Shown here in pieces: positions 1-12,221 of a stretch of DNA of 64,000 bases. Within the stretch, counting starts at the first letter, position 1. The number at the start of each line of letters is the position of its first letter. The DNA is taken from NCBI GenBank assembly GCA_965153455.1, contig OZ234494.1, positions 12,648,001 to 12,712,000 of the forward strand, read 5' to 3'. The notes under the pieces are model-generated. The model was not told the DNA's origin and searched no databases. It worked only from the letters and a program-made list of their open reading frames with translations. Made by a program: the position numbers and the translations under genes. The DNA is from Sphagnum compactum (taxonomy: Eukaryota).

Positions 1-800
1 GTGTGCAGGGCAGGCTGGATCCAAGGGGAGGGCTCCATTGTTTCTGGTGTCCAAACTAAACTTGAAACCCTCCTCTTGGTGCATCTGACACACTAACAAT
101 CGTCTAAAACGGATTAGAAATGAGAAAATTACAGCTCCCAAAGTAGAGGGGTCAAAAACTCAGAAAAGCAAACCAACAAACACTAAAGGCTAGTTCCTGA
201 ACATCAAAAAAATTCATTGTATGTTGCTTTGTTGTTATTAGAGTTCAAAGATGATTTGTAAACCTTCAGGTGGCACTCCTATAGCATTTTTAAATCTTTT
301 AAAATAAATAAGAAATAAGAAAGTTATGAGATTTAAAAGTAAGAAAGGTCAAAATGAAAAAAAATGAAAAAAAAAGTGTTTTGTAATTGCAAAAAAAAAT
401 AAAAATTATTGCCCTTTTTTGACTGGTCCTTTGACTTTGCATTTCAAAGATGATTTGTAGAGCTTGAGAAGACACTCCGATAACATTTTAAATCACTCAA
501 AATGGAGAAGAATTGAGAAAAATCTGTCAAAGTGTTTGGCCATAGCCAGGTGATCAATGATGGGCCAATTTACCCTAGTGTGTGGTTGTCATAACCTTCA
601 GTTTTGAGTAGGATATTCTTACCCTGCTGGCTCCAGGTTAAGAAATAGAGAACTGAGGCATCATTGGTTCCTAACTTTGTAGGAGTGTTAGCTGGATATT
701 GAGAAAACACCTAGTTATCAATAACAATTATTAATAATTTATTTGTCAATTATTTAATTTTTCAAAGACTGGTTAGGGAACCTATCTGTTAAGCAGCATC

Positions 801-1752
801 CAGTGTTGCGTATGTAAATGTCAATAGTCATAAATACGACATGTAAATCATTACACTTACACATCCAAATTTTTTGGACTTATAGTTATCCTGTTGCAGT
901 GTGTACATTTGTTTTTTACACTTACACAAGGCCAGTGTAAATATTTGTAAAATACACTTAGATGGCCCCATGTAAATGTTTTGGGGCATGTAAGCGTGAA
1001 TACTAAAATTATTTATAAAGTTACCTTGTCTTTGAGCCTCCTTTCACCCCCAAACCCTTCTTTCAGGGGTATCCATAAAGTAAAGAAATTTTATTAAGTC
1101 TGATAATGAAATGCTGAAAATCTTTACATGTAGGAGGAGTGAAAATATATGTGGAGCCCCTAAAGAAAAAGGAAAGACAGGGTGAAACTCAGTTCACCAC
1201 AAAAACTGAGGTCCCCCCACCCTTGAATGCTAGTGTTTTTTACTTTTTTGGATCTCACCTTATTTATGATCAAACTCAGGGTTCTAGTGTTGTTTTCCTT
1301 ACTTTATAGATAATTTTATTATATATCTTTAATGACCAGACCTTCTTGCAAAGCCATATGAATTAGTTGTGGGTGTATATTTTGATGATTTTTTATTTTT
1401 TTTTGCAATGGGCCATTTAGCCGGCTTATCTTCAAAAACATCATGCAATCTCCCCTCCTCAAGTCAAAATCACATTTTTTACTTTGTTATATATTTACAT
1501 TGTTTTACATAGCCATGTAAAATCATATAAATATGTATATTTTTACAATTACATTGTTTTATCAGACTGTCTAAAATTATAAATTTTATTTGTTTTACAC
1601 TTACATTTACATGTTTCATATTCTACATTTACACTTACACGAATATAAATAAATATTATACACTTACACTTGCACAGAGTGTAAAGAAATTTCATTATGA
1701 GATTACACTTACACAGAGTGTAAGGCCCAAACCATTTAGGCACACAACACTG
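801..1752. mobile_element. Non-autonomous hAT-like element (MITE)
   Basis: Termini CAGTGTTG(C) at 801 and CAACACTG ending at 1752 are inverted repeats of the same type as the TSD-verified hAT elements in this window. Many subterminal TGTAAG/CTTACAC motifs occur at both ends. No matching 8-bp TSD is visible. Confidence 0.55.
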
Positions 1753-3109
1753 GTCCCAAGAGTTGGTTATTGAGAAAACACTCAGTTATCAATAGGGTTA
1801 TGAACAACCTATTTGTCAATTATTGAATTTTTTGAAGACGTGTTAGAGAACCTACTTACCTAGTAACTAGCATTCATTGACAAAATCTTCATTCGTTGCA
1901 TATTGACTTAATAACTTATGGTTGAAAATTTTGTCCAAGTAGTGTATCAATCCACTTAGTGTATTTTGCATCTTCAACTCATTCTCTCAGAGTTTCCAAT
2001 TCAAGCCTAAACTAGGACCTGATTTTGTGGAGTTCTCATCCAAGAGTTTATCCCTAGATAGATGAGTACACTTTCTTGAAAAAAAAAGTTTAAGTTTAAC
2101 CTTATTTTTTATGCAAGTAGTTAGTTTTAATTGATTGTACATAATTAGTATTATATAATCTTTATTTTGAACTGTGTGAACTAGTTGAATAAACTAATAA
2201 TATTACACCCAAAAATTTATATTTAATTCCCATGTAATGAAGATGGAATCAAACATGATCTTTTAAAAAAATCAGGCTCCAATTCTATTAAAAAAATGAC
2301 TGAAACTAAAAATTCTCTTAAAATCCAAAGAACCAATCTCAAGACTAGATCAAGCCTAGACCAAAGGTTCCACGGAAAAACTAAGAAAGTTTGAGAGAAC
2401 CAAGACCAAAAACTCCTTCTAAAATCAAGAATGGGACAACACTGGTTTGGACACAATGTAGGTTCCAATCTAGACTTTTGGCCATTGCTGGAACTTCTCT
2501 CCACCATCTTCCCACTTCCCACCAACTAAACCTGACAATTCATTGCCAAAAACTTGGGGACAGTTCATTTTTTCTTGGCTAAGCAAGAAAGGTGTTAACT
2601 GTCTGCTCCCATATTGCTAATTGGCAGGAACATACATACAATTAGGGGACATATTGACTTGTTTACATATATACATACATATGTCAGAACTTAAGAGGTT
2701 TAGGGAATCCATGCATTGGAGCACCTTTCACAGACTGCAAAGTCCCCAAAGGGGGCCCATCAGGCTGTGGCTGATGGACTTGCCAGTAGCATATTGTTCA
2801 CTACTTTCTCATGGCTGTGAGATAGAACCAGAGTGAAGGAATACCTGGCAGTGAAGCATGCAGGAATGAATGGATGGTGTGTGGACAAGAAACACTTTTT
2901 AGTTGAATTATTGTCCCATCACTAACCACAGTGATTAAATTAACTATAAACCAACCATCCACATGTACCTACCTAGTAATCACCAAGTGCCTTACTTCCT
3001 TACCTACTTACCTATGGTACTCACCCTCTCACATCCAGTGTTGGTTGGTTATTGAATTTTTTCATAACCAATCCCGTAGGCTACATTATAATTTTTTGGA
3101 GTGCCAATT

Positions 3110-3316
3110 TGTTGAGATGTCAAGCTCAACTAGAGCTGACACTCATGATGTGCGTCAGTGACCGTTCTACATCAACTGGCGCGCTTAGTGACCGTTCTAC
3201 ATCCACATCAACTGACGCGCGCGCGACGGATCTTCGCCACTGTTTTTTTGCAGGACTTGTTGCCTTCTTGGTGTGTGTTTTGCAAGAGCTCAAGCTCTCC
3301 CCCCCCAATCTTTTCA
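3110..3316 (+). repeat. 5' LTR of copia element (207 bp)
   Basis: TGTTGAGATG...CTTTTCA, near-identical to 7962-8172. Confidence 0.95.
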
Positions 3317-3333
3317 TGGTATTAGAGCCTGGT
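3317..3333 (+). promoter_or_regulatory. Primer-binding site complementary to initiator tRNA-Met
   Basis: TGGTATTAGAGCCTGGT lies directly after the 5' LTR; the canonical plant iMet PBS is TGGTATCAGAGCC, so there is one mismatch in the core. Confidence 0.85.
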
Positions 3334-3612
3334 ATAGGCTAAGGGCTGAGCAGCAAGCACAAGAAGCAAAGGAGGCGGTACGGCGGCGAGAGGTCATCAT
3401 CTCTTCCCCCTTCATGTTCACCACTACACCCGTGTCGGAGCTCTTTGGGAGGCACCGGCAAACGACATCGGATCGAGGAGTTGTCTTCGCCAAGACGAAG
3501 CTATAGGGATTGTATATTGTCTTTCGACGGAATTTTGGGGCTGAAACTGCGTTTCTGCATCATCTCGACCTCTGTTTTGAGTCAGCAGGCGTTCGTGTGC
3601 TATTCGGACAAC

Positions 3613-6600
3613 ATGTCAGACGGCATCAATCAAATTGTTAGTGAGAAGCTTGACAAGAACAACTTCCATGCTTGGAAGTTCAGGATGACCAATTTCCTTA
3701 TGGGAAAAGGATTTTGGGACTATGTGGAAGGTGAGAATGAAGACCTTCCAGAGTTGCCCGAGGAGAATGCCACTGCAGTAGAGATAAATGCATTCAAGGA
3801 TTGGAACCAGGGTGCACGCAAGGTCATGTATTGGTTGTCTATCAGTGTTACAGACACTATGATTGGGCACATACAGGATGCTCACACTCCAGCAGAAGCA
3901 TGGCAGAACTTGGTGTAGACAAATACAAAGGCAAGGAAGCTGCAGCTAAAACAAGAGCTGCACACTGTGGAGAAGAAGAACATGTCTATCAATGAGTATT
4001 CATTGAAGATCAAGGGTATTGTTGAATTCCTTACATCTATTAATGTATCTGTGGATGATGATGATTTGGTCAGCATTTGTCTAAATGGACTTGGAAAGGA
4101 ATACAAACCTTTCAAGACATCCATAATTGTCAGGGAGAATGTTCCCAACTTTCGAGATCTTGTCTCAATGCTGATTGTAGAAGAGAAAACTTTAAATAAA
4201 GACTGTTCTACACAAAACAAGAACAATGTAGAGCAGCAGGCCTTCTACTCAACTACAGGTAGAGGCAGAGGAAGAGGTCGTGGTCAAGGCCAAGATGGTG
4301 GCCGATTTGGAAATCAGAATTTTGGACAACAACAGTCAAATGACTCACAGCAACAACAATCATACAGAGGTGGTGGAAGAGGCCAGTCTCAAGGCAAGGG
4401 GGGGCAAAGAGGACGTGGCAATTGGAACAGACAACAATCTGGATCAGATTCTAGAGACTGTCATTATTGTGGCAAACCAGGCCATTGGGCCAGAGAATGT
4501 AGAAAAAAGGAAAGTGACATGAGGAATGGAAGACTGCAGCAGAATAATTATGCATCCTCAAGCAAGCAGGCTGAAGATAGGTATGAGCATCTATTTGTTG
4601 TGCAGCACATGCTAAATACAGTGGCTGCAAATGTATCCACAAATGTTGATAATGTATGGCATGTGGATTCGGGAGCCTCTAACCACATGACCTATCATGG
4701 TGACTGGTTTAGGGATGTCAAAAATCTGGAAAAACCAGGTTATGTAGAGACGGGAGATGACACAGCCCATCCCATTGCTCATATCGGGAATGTGCCATTA
4801 GCTATGCAAGATGGCAAGATAAAGTACTTGTCTGATGTACTTCATGTGCCCAATATCACAAAGAACTTGGTTTCTATTGGGCAAATGATTGAGCAGGGTT
4901 TGCAAGTTCGGTTCAACCCTGATGGCTGCTATGTCGAAGACTTCAAGGACAAATGTCGTTTAGTCGCTAAGGGCAAAAGAGTGGGCAGAATGTTTACTTT
5001 GGATGTAAGCATGCCTGAGGTGGAAGCTGCTATGTTTGCACAAGGTGCAGGAGTTGTGGCTGATATGGACATATGGCATAAGCGTATCGGTCATGTAAAT
5101 GAGCAACGATTAAAGTCTATGCAGAATTCAGAAATTGTCACTGGTTTGCCAAAGTTTAAGGTGAATGGAATGCATAAGATATGTGAAGCATGTCAATTTG
5201 GGAAGCAAACAAGGAATGTGTTTCCGCATGACAAGAATGTAAGTAAGAGAGCACTTGATGTAATGCATTCAGATGTATGGGGACCAACCAAGACGACGTC
5301 AATGGGAGGATGTCGCTACTATGTATCATTCATTGATGACCACACAAGGAAAGTGTGGGTGTACTTCATGAAGGAAAAAAGTGAAGTGTTTACTCACTTT
5401 CAGAATTTCAGAATGTTGGCTGAAAAGCAAACAGGGTTGCAAGTTAAGTGCCTAAGGTCAGATGGAGGGGGAGAATATTTCTCCAATGAGTTTATTACAA
5501 ATCTCAAAATGCATGGAATTCAGAGGCAATTTACATGCAGGTATACTCCGCAACAAAATGGAATTGCTGAGAGAAAGAATAGGCACATTGCAGAGGTTGC
5601 TCATGCATTAATGGCTGACAAGAACATGCCACATCATTATTGGGCTGAAGCAATTGCGACTGTAGTTTACATCATGAACAGGACCCCCACAGCAGCAGTG
5701 CATGGTATGATTCCAGAAGAGAAGTACAGTGGCAGAAAACCAGATTTGTCACACTTGAAAGTGTTTGGGTGCATTGCATATGTACATGTACCAGATGAGC
5801 TACGGACTAAATTGGATCCGAAGGCTGAAAAATGTATTTTCATTGGATACTCACTTGAGCAGAAAGGGTACAGATGTTATAACCCTATCACACGTGAAAT
5901 GAGGGTGAGCAGGGATGTTGTGTTTGATGAAAGGAGCAGCTGGTATGCTGATGTAAAAGACATTATTGGGGCTGATGCAGACGAGCATGTGGTTGCAAAG
6001 AATGCAGGTCAGCAATCACAAACATTGAGTGGACCACGAGAGTCCCCTTCTAGTGGGTCTACTAATAGACCATGGAGTGGTAGGTTGCGTCATAATAGCA
6101 GTCCTACAAATACAGGTGATGCATCATATAAAGGAAAAGAGAAGGTTGGTGAGGCCCTTGGTATGCTTGACATTTCTGCAGGATATTCACATGTAGATGG
6201 AGAGTCTAGTGGCTCTGAGCAGAGCCTTGATGAGGAGTTTGGGATTCTAGCTATCAGGACACCTGGTGTGAAAAGAGCTAATGCAGCAAATAGGACACCA
6301 CGGACAGATCCAGGTCCACGCAGGTCTACCAAGGAAAGACGACTAGTACAAAGATTGATATATGATGGTTATGTAGCTCGCCATTATGCATATATGGCAA
6401 AGGTTGTGCAGGATGTTGAACCCATTTGTTTTGAGGATGCCATTGGGCATGCACTTTGGAATAAAGCCATGGATGAAGAGATGGCTGCATTGGATGCAAA
6501 CAGGGCATGGGAGTTAGTGCCTTTGCCTGAAGGGAAAAAGGCTATTGGATGTAAGTGGGTGTACAAAGTGAAACACAACTCGGATGGAAGCATAAGCAGG

Positions 6601-8013
6601 TATAAGGCTAGATTAATAGCCAAAGGATATGCCCAGACACATGGCATTGATTATGAGGAGACATTTGCTCCTGTTGCAAAGATGGCAACAATGAGAGCTG
6701 TGATTGCAATGGCTGCATCAAGAGGTTGGGTGTTACATCAAATGGATGTAAAGAATGCCTTCTTGCATGGCGAGTTGCAAGAAGAGGTGTATTTGGACCA
6801 GCCACCTGGATATGAGGATATGAGTCACCCAAATTATGTGTGTAAGCTGCGTAAAGCTTTGTATGGACTGAAACAGGCACCGAGAGCATGGCATGACAAA
6901 ATTGCAGAGTATCTTGTCACCATTGGCTTTCGTATGTCAAATGCAGATCATTCACTCTATGTGCATAAGAGTGATGAGGGTATTGTGGTCATCACTATCT
7001 ATGTGGATGATTTGATTGTTGGGGGTGACAATGAGAAGGAAGTTGAGCATGTAAAAAGTCTCCTTAAGCAGAAGTTTGACATGAAGGATTTGGGTGAGCT
7101 CAAATTCTTCCTAGGCATTGAGGTCATCAGGACGCCTGAGGGTATATGGTTGTTACAGCGACAGTATGCATTGGACATGCTGTCCAAATATGGTATGGTT
7201 GGTTATAAGCCCATTTCTGTACCACTGAATCAGAATGGCAAGCTGAGTGCAGATGCAAGTGAGGTTTTAGAGGATGCCACTATGTACAGGAAGATAGTGG
7301 GCAGTCTTATCTACATGACGATCACCAGGCCGGACTTAAACTACACAGTTGGGTTGGAGAGCCAGTTTATGAAGGTTCCTCGGAAGCCACATTTGGATGG
7401 TGTGAGGCACACACTATGCTATGTGAGTGCCACAGCAGATTATGGTCTCTTTTATGAGGGTAGCACAGAGTTGCAGGTGCATGGATACATAGATGCTGAT
7501 TGGGCTGGTAGCATCTCAGACAGGAGATCTACTAGCAGTTTTATGTTCTCTTTTGGGAGTGCTGCTGTTACGTGGAGTAGCAAGAAGTAGCCGACAGTTG
7601 CCTTGTCGAGCACAGAGGCAGAGTACAGGGGTGCTGCGATGGCAGCATGTGAGGTAGCTTGGCTCCGCAAGCTACTTGGAGATTTGGGGCTGCATGTGGA
7701 CAGACAGGTTGTCATATATTGTGATAACCTTAGCAGTATTTAGCTGGCTAGGAACCCAGTGTTTCATGCACGGACGAAACACATTGAGGTTCATTATCAC
7801 TTCATCAGGGAGAAGGTCTTGGCAGGTGAGATTGATTTTATTTATGTCAGCACAGAGGATTAGGTTGCTGACATCTTCACCAAGGTCTTGGGAGCCGAGA
7901 AGCATCGCCGATTCCGCAGCATGCTTGGAGTGATGGAATTGGAGCTAAGCTTGAGGGGGAGTGTTGAGATGTCAAGCTCAACTAGAGCTGACACTCATGA
8001 TGTGCGTCAGTGA
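3613..8013 (+). pseudogene. Copia gag-pol polyprotein with in-frame stop codons
   Basis: One reading frame carries gag (KLDKNNFHAWKFRM), a zinc knuckle (CHYCGKPGHWAREC), protease (WHVDSGASNHM), integrase (HKRIGH, CEACQFGK, RSDGGGEY, QNGIAERKNR), RT (QMDVKNAFLHG, LYGLKQAPRAW, YVDDL) and RNase H (DADWAG, SSTEAEY, YCDN, KHIEVHYHFIRE). In-frame TAGs fall at 3916, 7588, 7741 and 7861. The natural stop TGA at 8011-8013 is inside the 3' LTR. Confidence 0.93.
7953..7961 (+). promoter_or_regulatory. Polypurine tract
   Basis: GAGGGGGAG lies immediately before the 3' LTR. Confidence 0.85.
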
Positions 8014-8172
8014 CCGTTCTACATCGACTGGCGTGCTTAGTGACCGTTCTACATCCACATCAACTGACGCGCGCGTGACGGATCTTCGCCACTGTTTTTT
8101 TGCAAGACTTGTTGCCTTCTTGGTGTGTGTGTTTTGCAACAGCTCAAGCTCTCCCCCCCCCCAATCTTTTCA
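7962..8172 (+). repeat. 3' LTR of copia element (211 bp)
   Basis: Copy of 3110-3316, followed by TSD CAATT. Confidence 0.95.
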
Positions 8173-8715
8173 CAATTAGGTCATCAACATTAGGAGATAC
8201 ATTATCAATATCAATTTTTTTAAAAATTTTGGGTGCCAATTAGGTCATCAACATTTTATTATTAATAATCATCAGTTATGCATAAGGGTAGATATTCAAA
8301 TACTCAATTGATATTCCCTAGCTAACCTATCGATTTATACACCAGTTATAAGGGTTTTATATTTTCGATTTTCCTCTTTTTCTCCTTTTTTTATCATTAA
8401 GTTTTTTAATGGTGTCGGATTGATAACCTACCTAAGAGCATCCACACCGGTGCTTAGTATGTGACCCAGCAAAACTATTTCTCACATCCAAGTTTAGTTA
8501 TTTAGTTTTCTTGTAACCCCACCCATCAAACTGAAATGGGGATTGCAAATAGGTGGGAACTACTAATAGCAAACCATCTGGACCAATCATTATGATTCGC
8601 CAATCAAAAACAGGGAGCAGCAGTGAGATCATATTTATAACATTCTTTTGTAGTTGGTGCATAGTTTTGCTGCGTTACCAGCCTCAGCAAATTGACCAAA
8701 TATGTAGGGGAAAAC

Positions 8716-11700
8716 CAGTGTTGGGCGGTTCTCACCCGCCGGTTGCAAACCGGCGCCGGTTTGCATCCTGGTTCTCATTGAGAACCGGAAATAAGAACCG
8801 GATTGAAGGTTCTCGCTGGAGGTGAAAACTATCCAGGTTCTCACCTGACATCCAATCTGAGAACTAGACTGGTTCTCGCATTTTGAGAAGGGTTCGGTTC
8901 TCATGGCAAAAAATAAAAAGTAAAATATTAGAGTTATCCCGAAAGTGATGCTCTATTGGGCCTGAATTGCACCCCCCATTTGATGCTTCATCGCCTCTTG
9001 AATGTTGTCCACAAAGTCATGAAATTTTATTAAATAAGGTATGAAATATGGAGACTCTGTTTATTGTTTACAATTTTACGTCTGTTTGGGGCCAGAGAGT
9101 CCATTAGAAGCCAAAGAGGGCAAGACCGAGAAGGAGCTGGTACAGCGGTTCAACACAAAGCTGTTGCAAGGGCAAATGAAGCTGCACGCCAAGGTCGTCA
9201 CCCCCACACGGCAGCGGCCTGCGACCACGCAAGCCCCCACCTCGACAGCGGGCGCACGCCCTGGTGCGATGCTACTCAAATTCACAACGAACGAGGACCG
9301 CCATGCCGTGCTGCGAGGGCACAAAGGCCTGGCAGGGACCAAGTTGGGCCTAGACGAGGACCTCACACCTGCGCAGCAAGCTCGCCTTCTGGCACGCAAC
9401 CGAGCTCTTCATCAACGGCACTCGAATTTGCCCACCCTCCTCTATCTAGGGGCACGGGGACCAAAAAGACCTATGCATGGTATTATGGAACATGCACGAG
9501 GGTGATGTAAATAAACTGGAAACGAGGGTGCAAATATTAGAGCTGTTTCAGGATGCTGACCTTGTCTTATTAACCAAAACCTGGCACTTCCCAAGCGAAC
9601 ATTTGCCACACGTTGAAGGGTTTGACTCACTTGCGGTAGCGTGCACTATGAGCTGGGAAGAACAAAAGCAATAAAACATAGTGGGGGGGTTACTGCTTAC
9701 TTTCGTAACCACCTCAACCCAAACCTATCGCAGTGGAAGGAAGGAAGCCATGATTCTTATCTATGGTTACGGGTCAGCAGGGGTGCTGCCCCTGACTTGT
9801 TTGTCTACGTGGTGTATGTTGCCCCTGTTGGCTCCAAACACGAGAGCGAATATTTGTTCCAAAACCTGGCAGCTGATATTGTCGAAGTTCAAACTCTCAG
9901 GGGCATAGTATTATTGGGAGGGGATTTTAATGCGCGTACTACAGCGTTACCAGATACCATTGACACTAACGACCTTTGTGAACTGTTATAGGCACCTGAG
10001 CTCGCTGAGACTATGCAACCAAACGTTGTGGTTAAGTGACAGAATCGCGACGCCAGTGTTGGCGGCTGGGGCCGCGAGCTCTTGGACCTATGTTGTGACG
10101 CTGGGTTGCTCATCCTCAATGGCCGGACACCTGGTGATGAATCAGGGGAATTCACTTGCTTAGCAAATGGGGGGTGTAGTACTGTCGATTATATTGTTGG
10201 CTCACTTGCAATTTGGTAAGTTGCTACACACCTCGAAGTGATAACAAATGACACCCGCTATTACGCAATGGGGGGAGACTCTGACCACGGGCCGTTACGC
10301 CTACGGTTGAGCATCGATTATAGCTTTGTTGAGCCACAACATACAGTTGTAACAAAAAAATACTTACCTAGGTTCAAATATGATAAATCAAAAGCTGAAG
10401 AGTATCAGCTTGCCCTAACAACGAATCTTGGAAACCTGTGGGTTGTTGATTCAATTGGGCATCTGGGGGTAGACGGGTTAGCTGACCTACTGCAACAGTG
10501 CGTGGGTGCTACAACAAAGTCTACTTTTGGCAGCAAGCCTTCGGGAGGAAACTATAGAGAGAGACACTGCCATAAACCCTGGTTTGACGCTAACTATCGT
10601 ATAACGAAGCGTGAGCTGAGGCTCTGGCTAAAAGCCAACCCCGATTCGCACATCGCTAAACATCAAGAAAGTAAACTTTAAAATTTATTCAAAAGGAAAA
10701 GAATTTTCTGGGAAACTAAGCTCAACATATGTGTACACTTGCCAAGGTGGATGCACTTTCGTTCTGGAAAAAGTACCGGATGAGGGCACCTGTTGTGGAC
10801 AAAATCAGTGCAACTACGCTTTTGGAAGGCTTCCGCGGGCTAGTTGGCCAGCCTCCGCCACCCATACGGTTGCAAATTGATCACTCGGCCTAGGTGACGG
10901 AACCTCTACTTAAGCACACCCTGAACATAGATATCACACTTGCTGAGCTGCTTCAAGCGCTGAAAAAGCTACAAAGGAATAAGGCTGCTAGTTTGGATGG
11001 TATGAAAGTTGAGTTCATTTTGGATGTGGGAGAGCTGCTACACATGCCACTATTAACAACGTTCAACTACTTTCTGGCGGAAGACTTTCCAGAAGCCCTT
11101 TCCATTGGGGTGGTCCATGCGCTCTTTAAAGTGGGCGATGACTCTGAATTTGACAACTACATGGGGATAACTATTGGGCTTATCCTAGCAAAGTGTTTGC
11201 CATGATCCTTGACAAAAGGATGAGCGAGTGGGCTGAACAACATGGGTTGCATGCCAAGGGTCAAGTTGGGTTTCACAAAAATTACTGCACTACTGACCAA
11301 CTCTTCATACTACGAACTCTGATAGAACAGAGTAAGGCAAAAAAGAAGCCACTCTATTGTTGTTTTGTGGACTTTAAAAGGCGTTCGATACTGTGTCGCG
11401 TGAAGTGCTGTGGGAGGTGTTGGCTAGCCTCGGGGTGGAGGGACACTTCTTGCGATGCCCATAGGCAATGTATGCTACGGATACCGTACTCATCAACCAC
11501 CTAAGCGAGGGTGTCACCTCCAGCTTCAGGTGCCAGCAAGGTGTGAAGCAAGGTTGCCCTCTTAGCCCCCTACTGTTTGGGCTATATTTGGATGCCCTTG
11601 AAGGGCGCTTAGATGGCAAAAAATGCCATGCATCGACCTTAGCAGATGTGCACGTATGACTGTTGCTTTTTTGCAGATGACCTTGCTCTGACATCGGAAT

Positions 11701-12221
11701 CAGAGGTGGGACTACAACAACAGTTAAACGCGCTCTAGCATTAAATGCACCAAGCTCCAGAACATTACTAGCTATAGTACACATAGCAGCAGTAATTCGT
11801 TGAAAGCGTTCAGGAAAAAAAAAGGACAGGGCAAACTCAATTTAGCACCAAATTTATATACAAAAAAATTTGGTGTTAAACTAAGTTTCATGCCACAAAA
11901 AAAGACGCTGATTATAAGAAAAGAAACACGAAATAACCAAAAAAAATGTAAAAAATATATAAATATATATAAAACAAAAAATCATGATTTGTGAGAACCG
12001 ACTTGTGAGAATCATCCCTAAAAGTTGACTGTTCAAAATTTTGTGAGAATCGTTAACCCTGAAAACCGCTTAATTGAATTTTTTTTTAAATTCTAAAAAT
12101 CAGGGCAATTTTCAGAATGGGGGAAAATAAATATATTTAAAGAACTGAGGCGGTTCTTAAAACCTACCCCAAAAACCAGAACTAAGGGTTCTCACAAAAA
12201 AATGAAAACCGCCCAACACTG
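8716..12221. mobile_element. Non-autonomous hAT element nested in the Harbinger MITE
   Basis: TIRs are CAGTGTTGGGCGGTT and AACCGCCCAACACTG. The 8-bp TSD is GGGAAAAC / GAGAAAAC (1 mismatch). Subterminal GGTTCTC/GAGAACC motifs are present. Confidence 0.85.
9058..11739 (+). mobile_element. Decayed LINE (non-LTR retrotransposon) fragment: ORF1 C-terminus, AP endonuclease and partial RT
   Basis: ORF1-like segment RPGAMLLKF...GLDEDLTPAQQAR. APE motifs VLWN, DLVLLT(K)TW, GGVTAY, LLGGDFNART and SDH. RT motifs NY.GITI, QVGF, CCFVDFK, GVKQGCPLSPLLF and FADD. Many stops and frameshifts; the fragment ends shortly after the FADD motif. Confidence 0.9.

Larger units (their letters stand above)
3110..8172 (+). 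mobile_element. Full-length Ty1/copia LTR retrotransposon (inactivated)
   Basis: Two LTRs with TG...CA ends, a perfect 5-bp TSD CAATT (3105-3109 and 8173-8177), a PBS and a PPT. Domain order is gag-protease-integrase-RT-RNaseH, which is diagnostic of copia. Confidence 0.97.
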
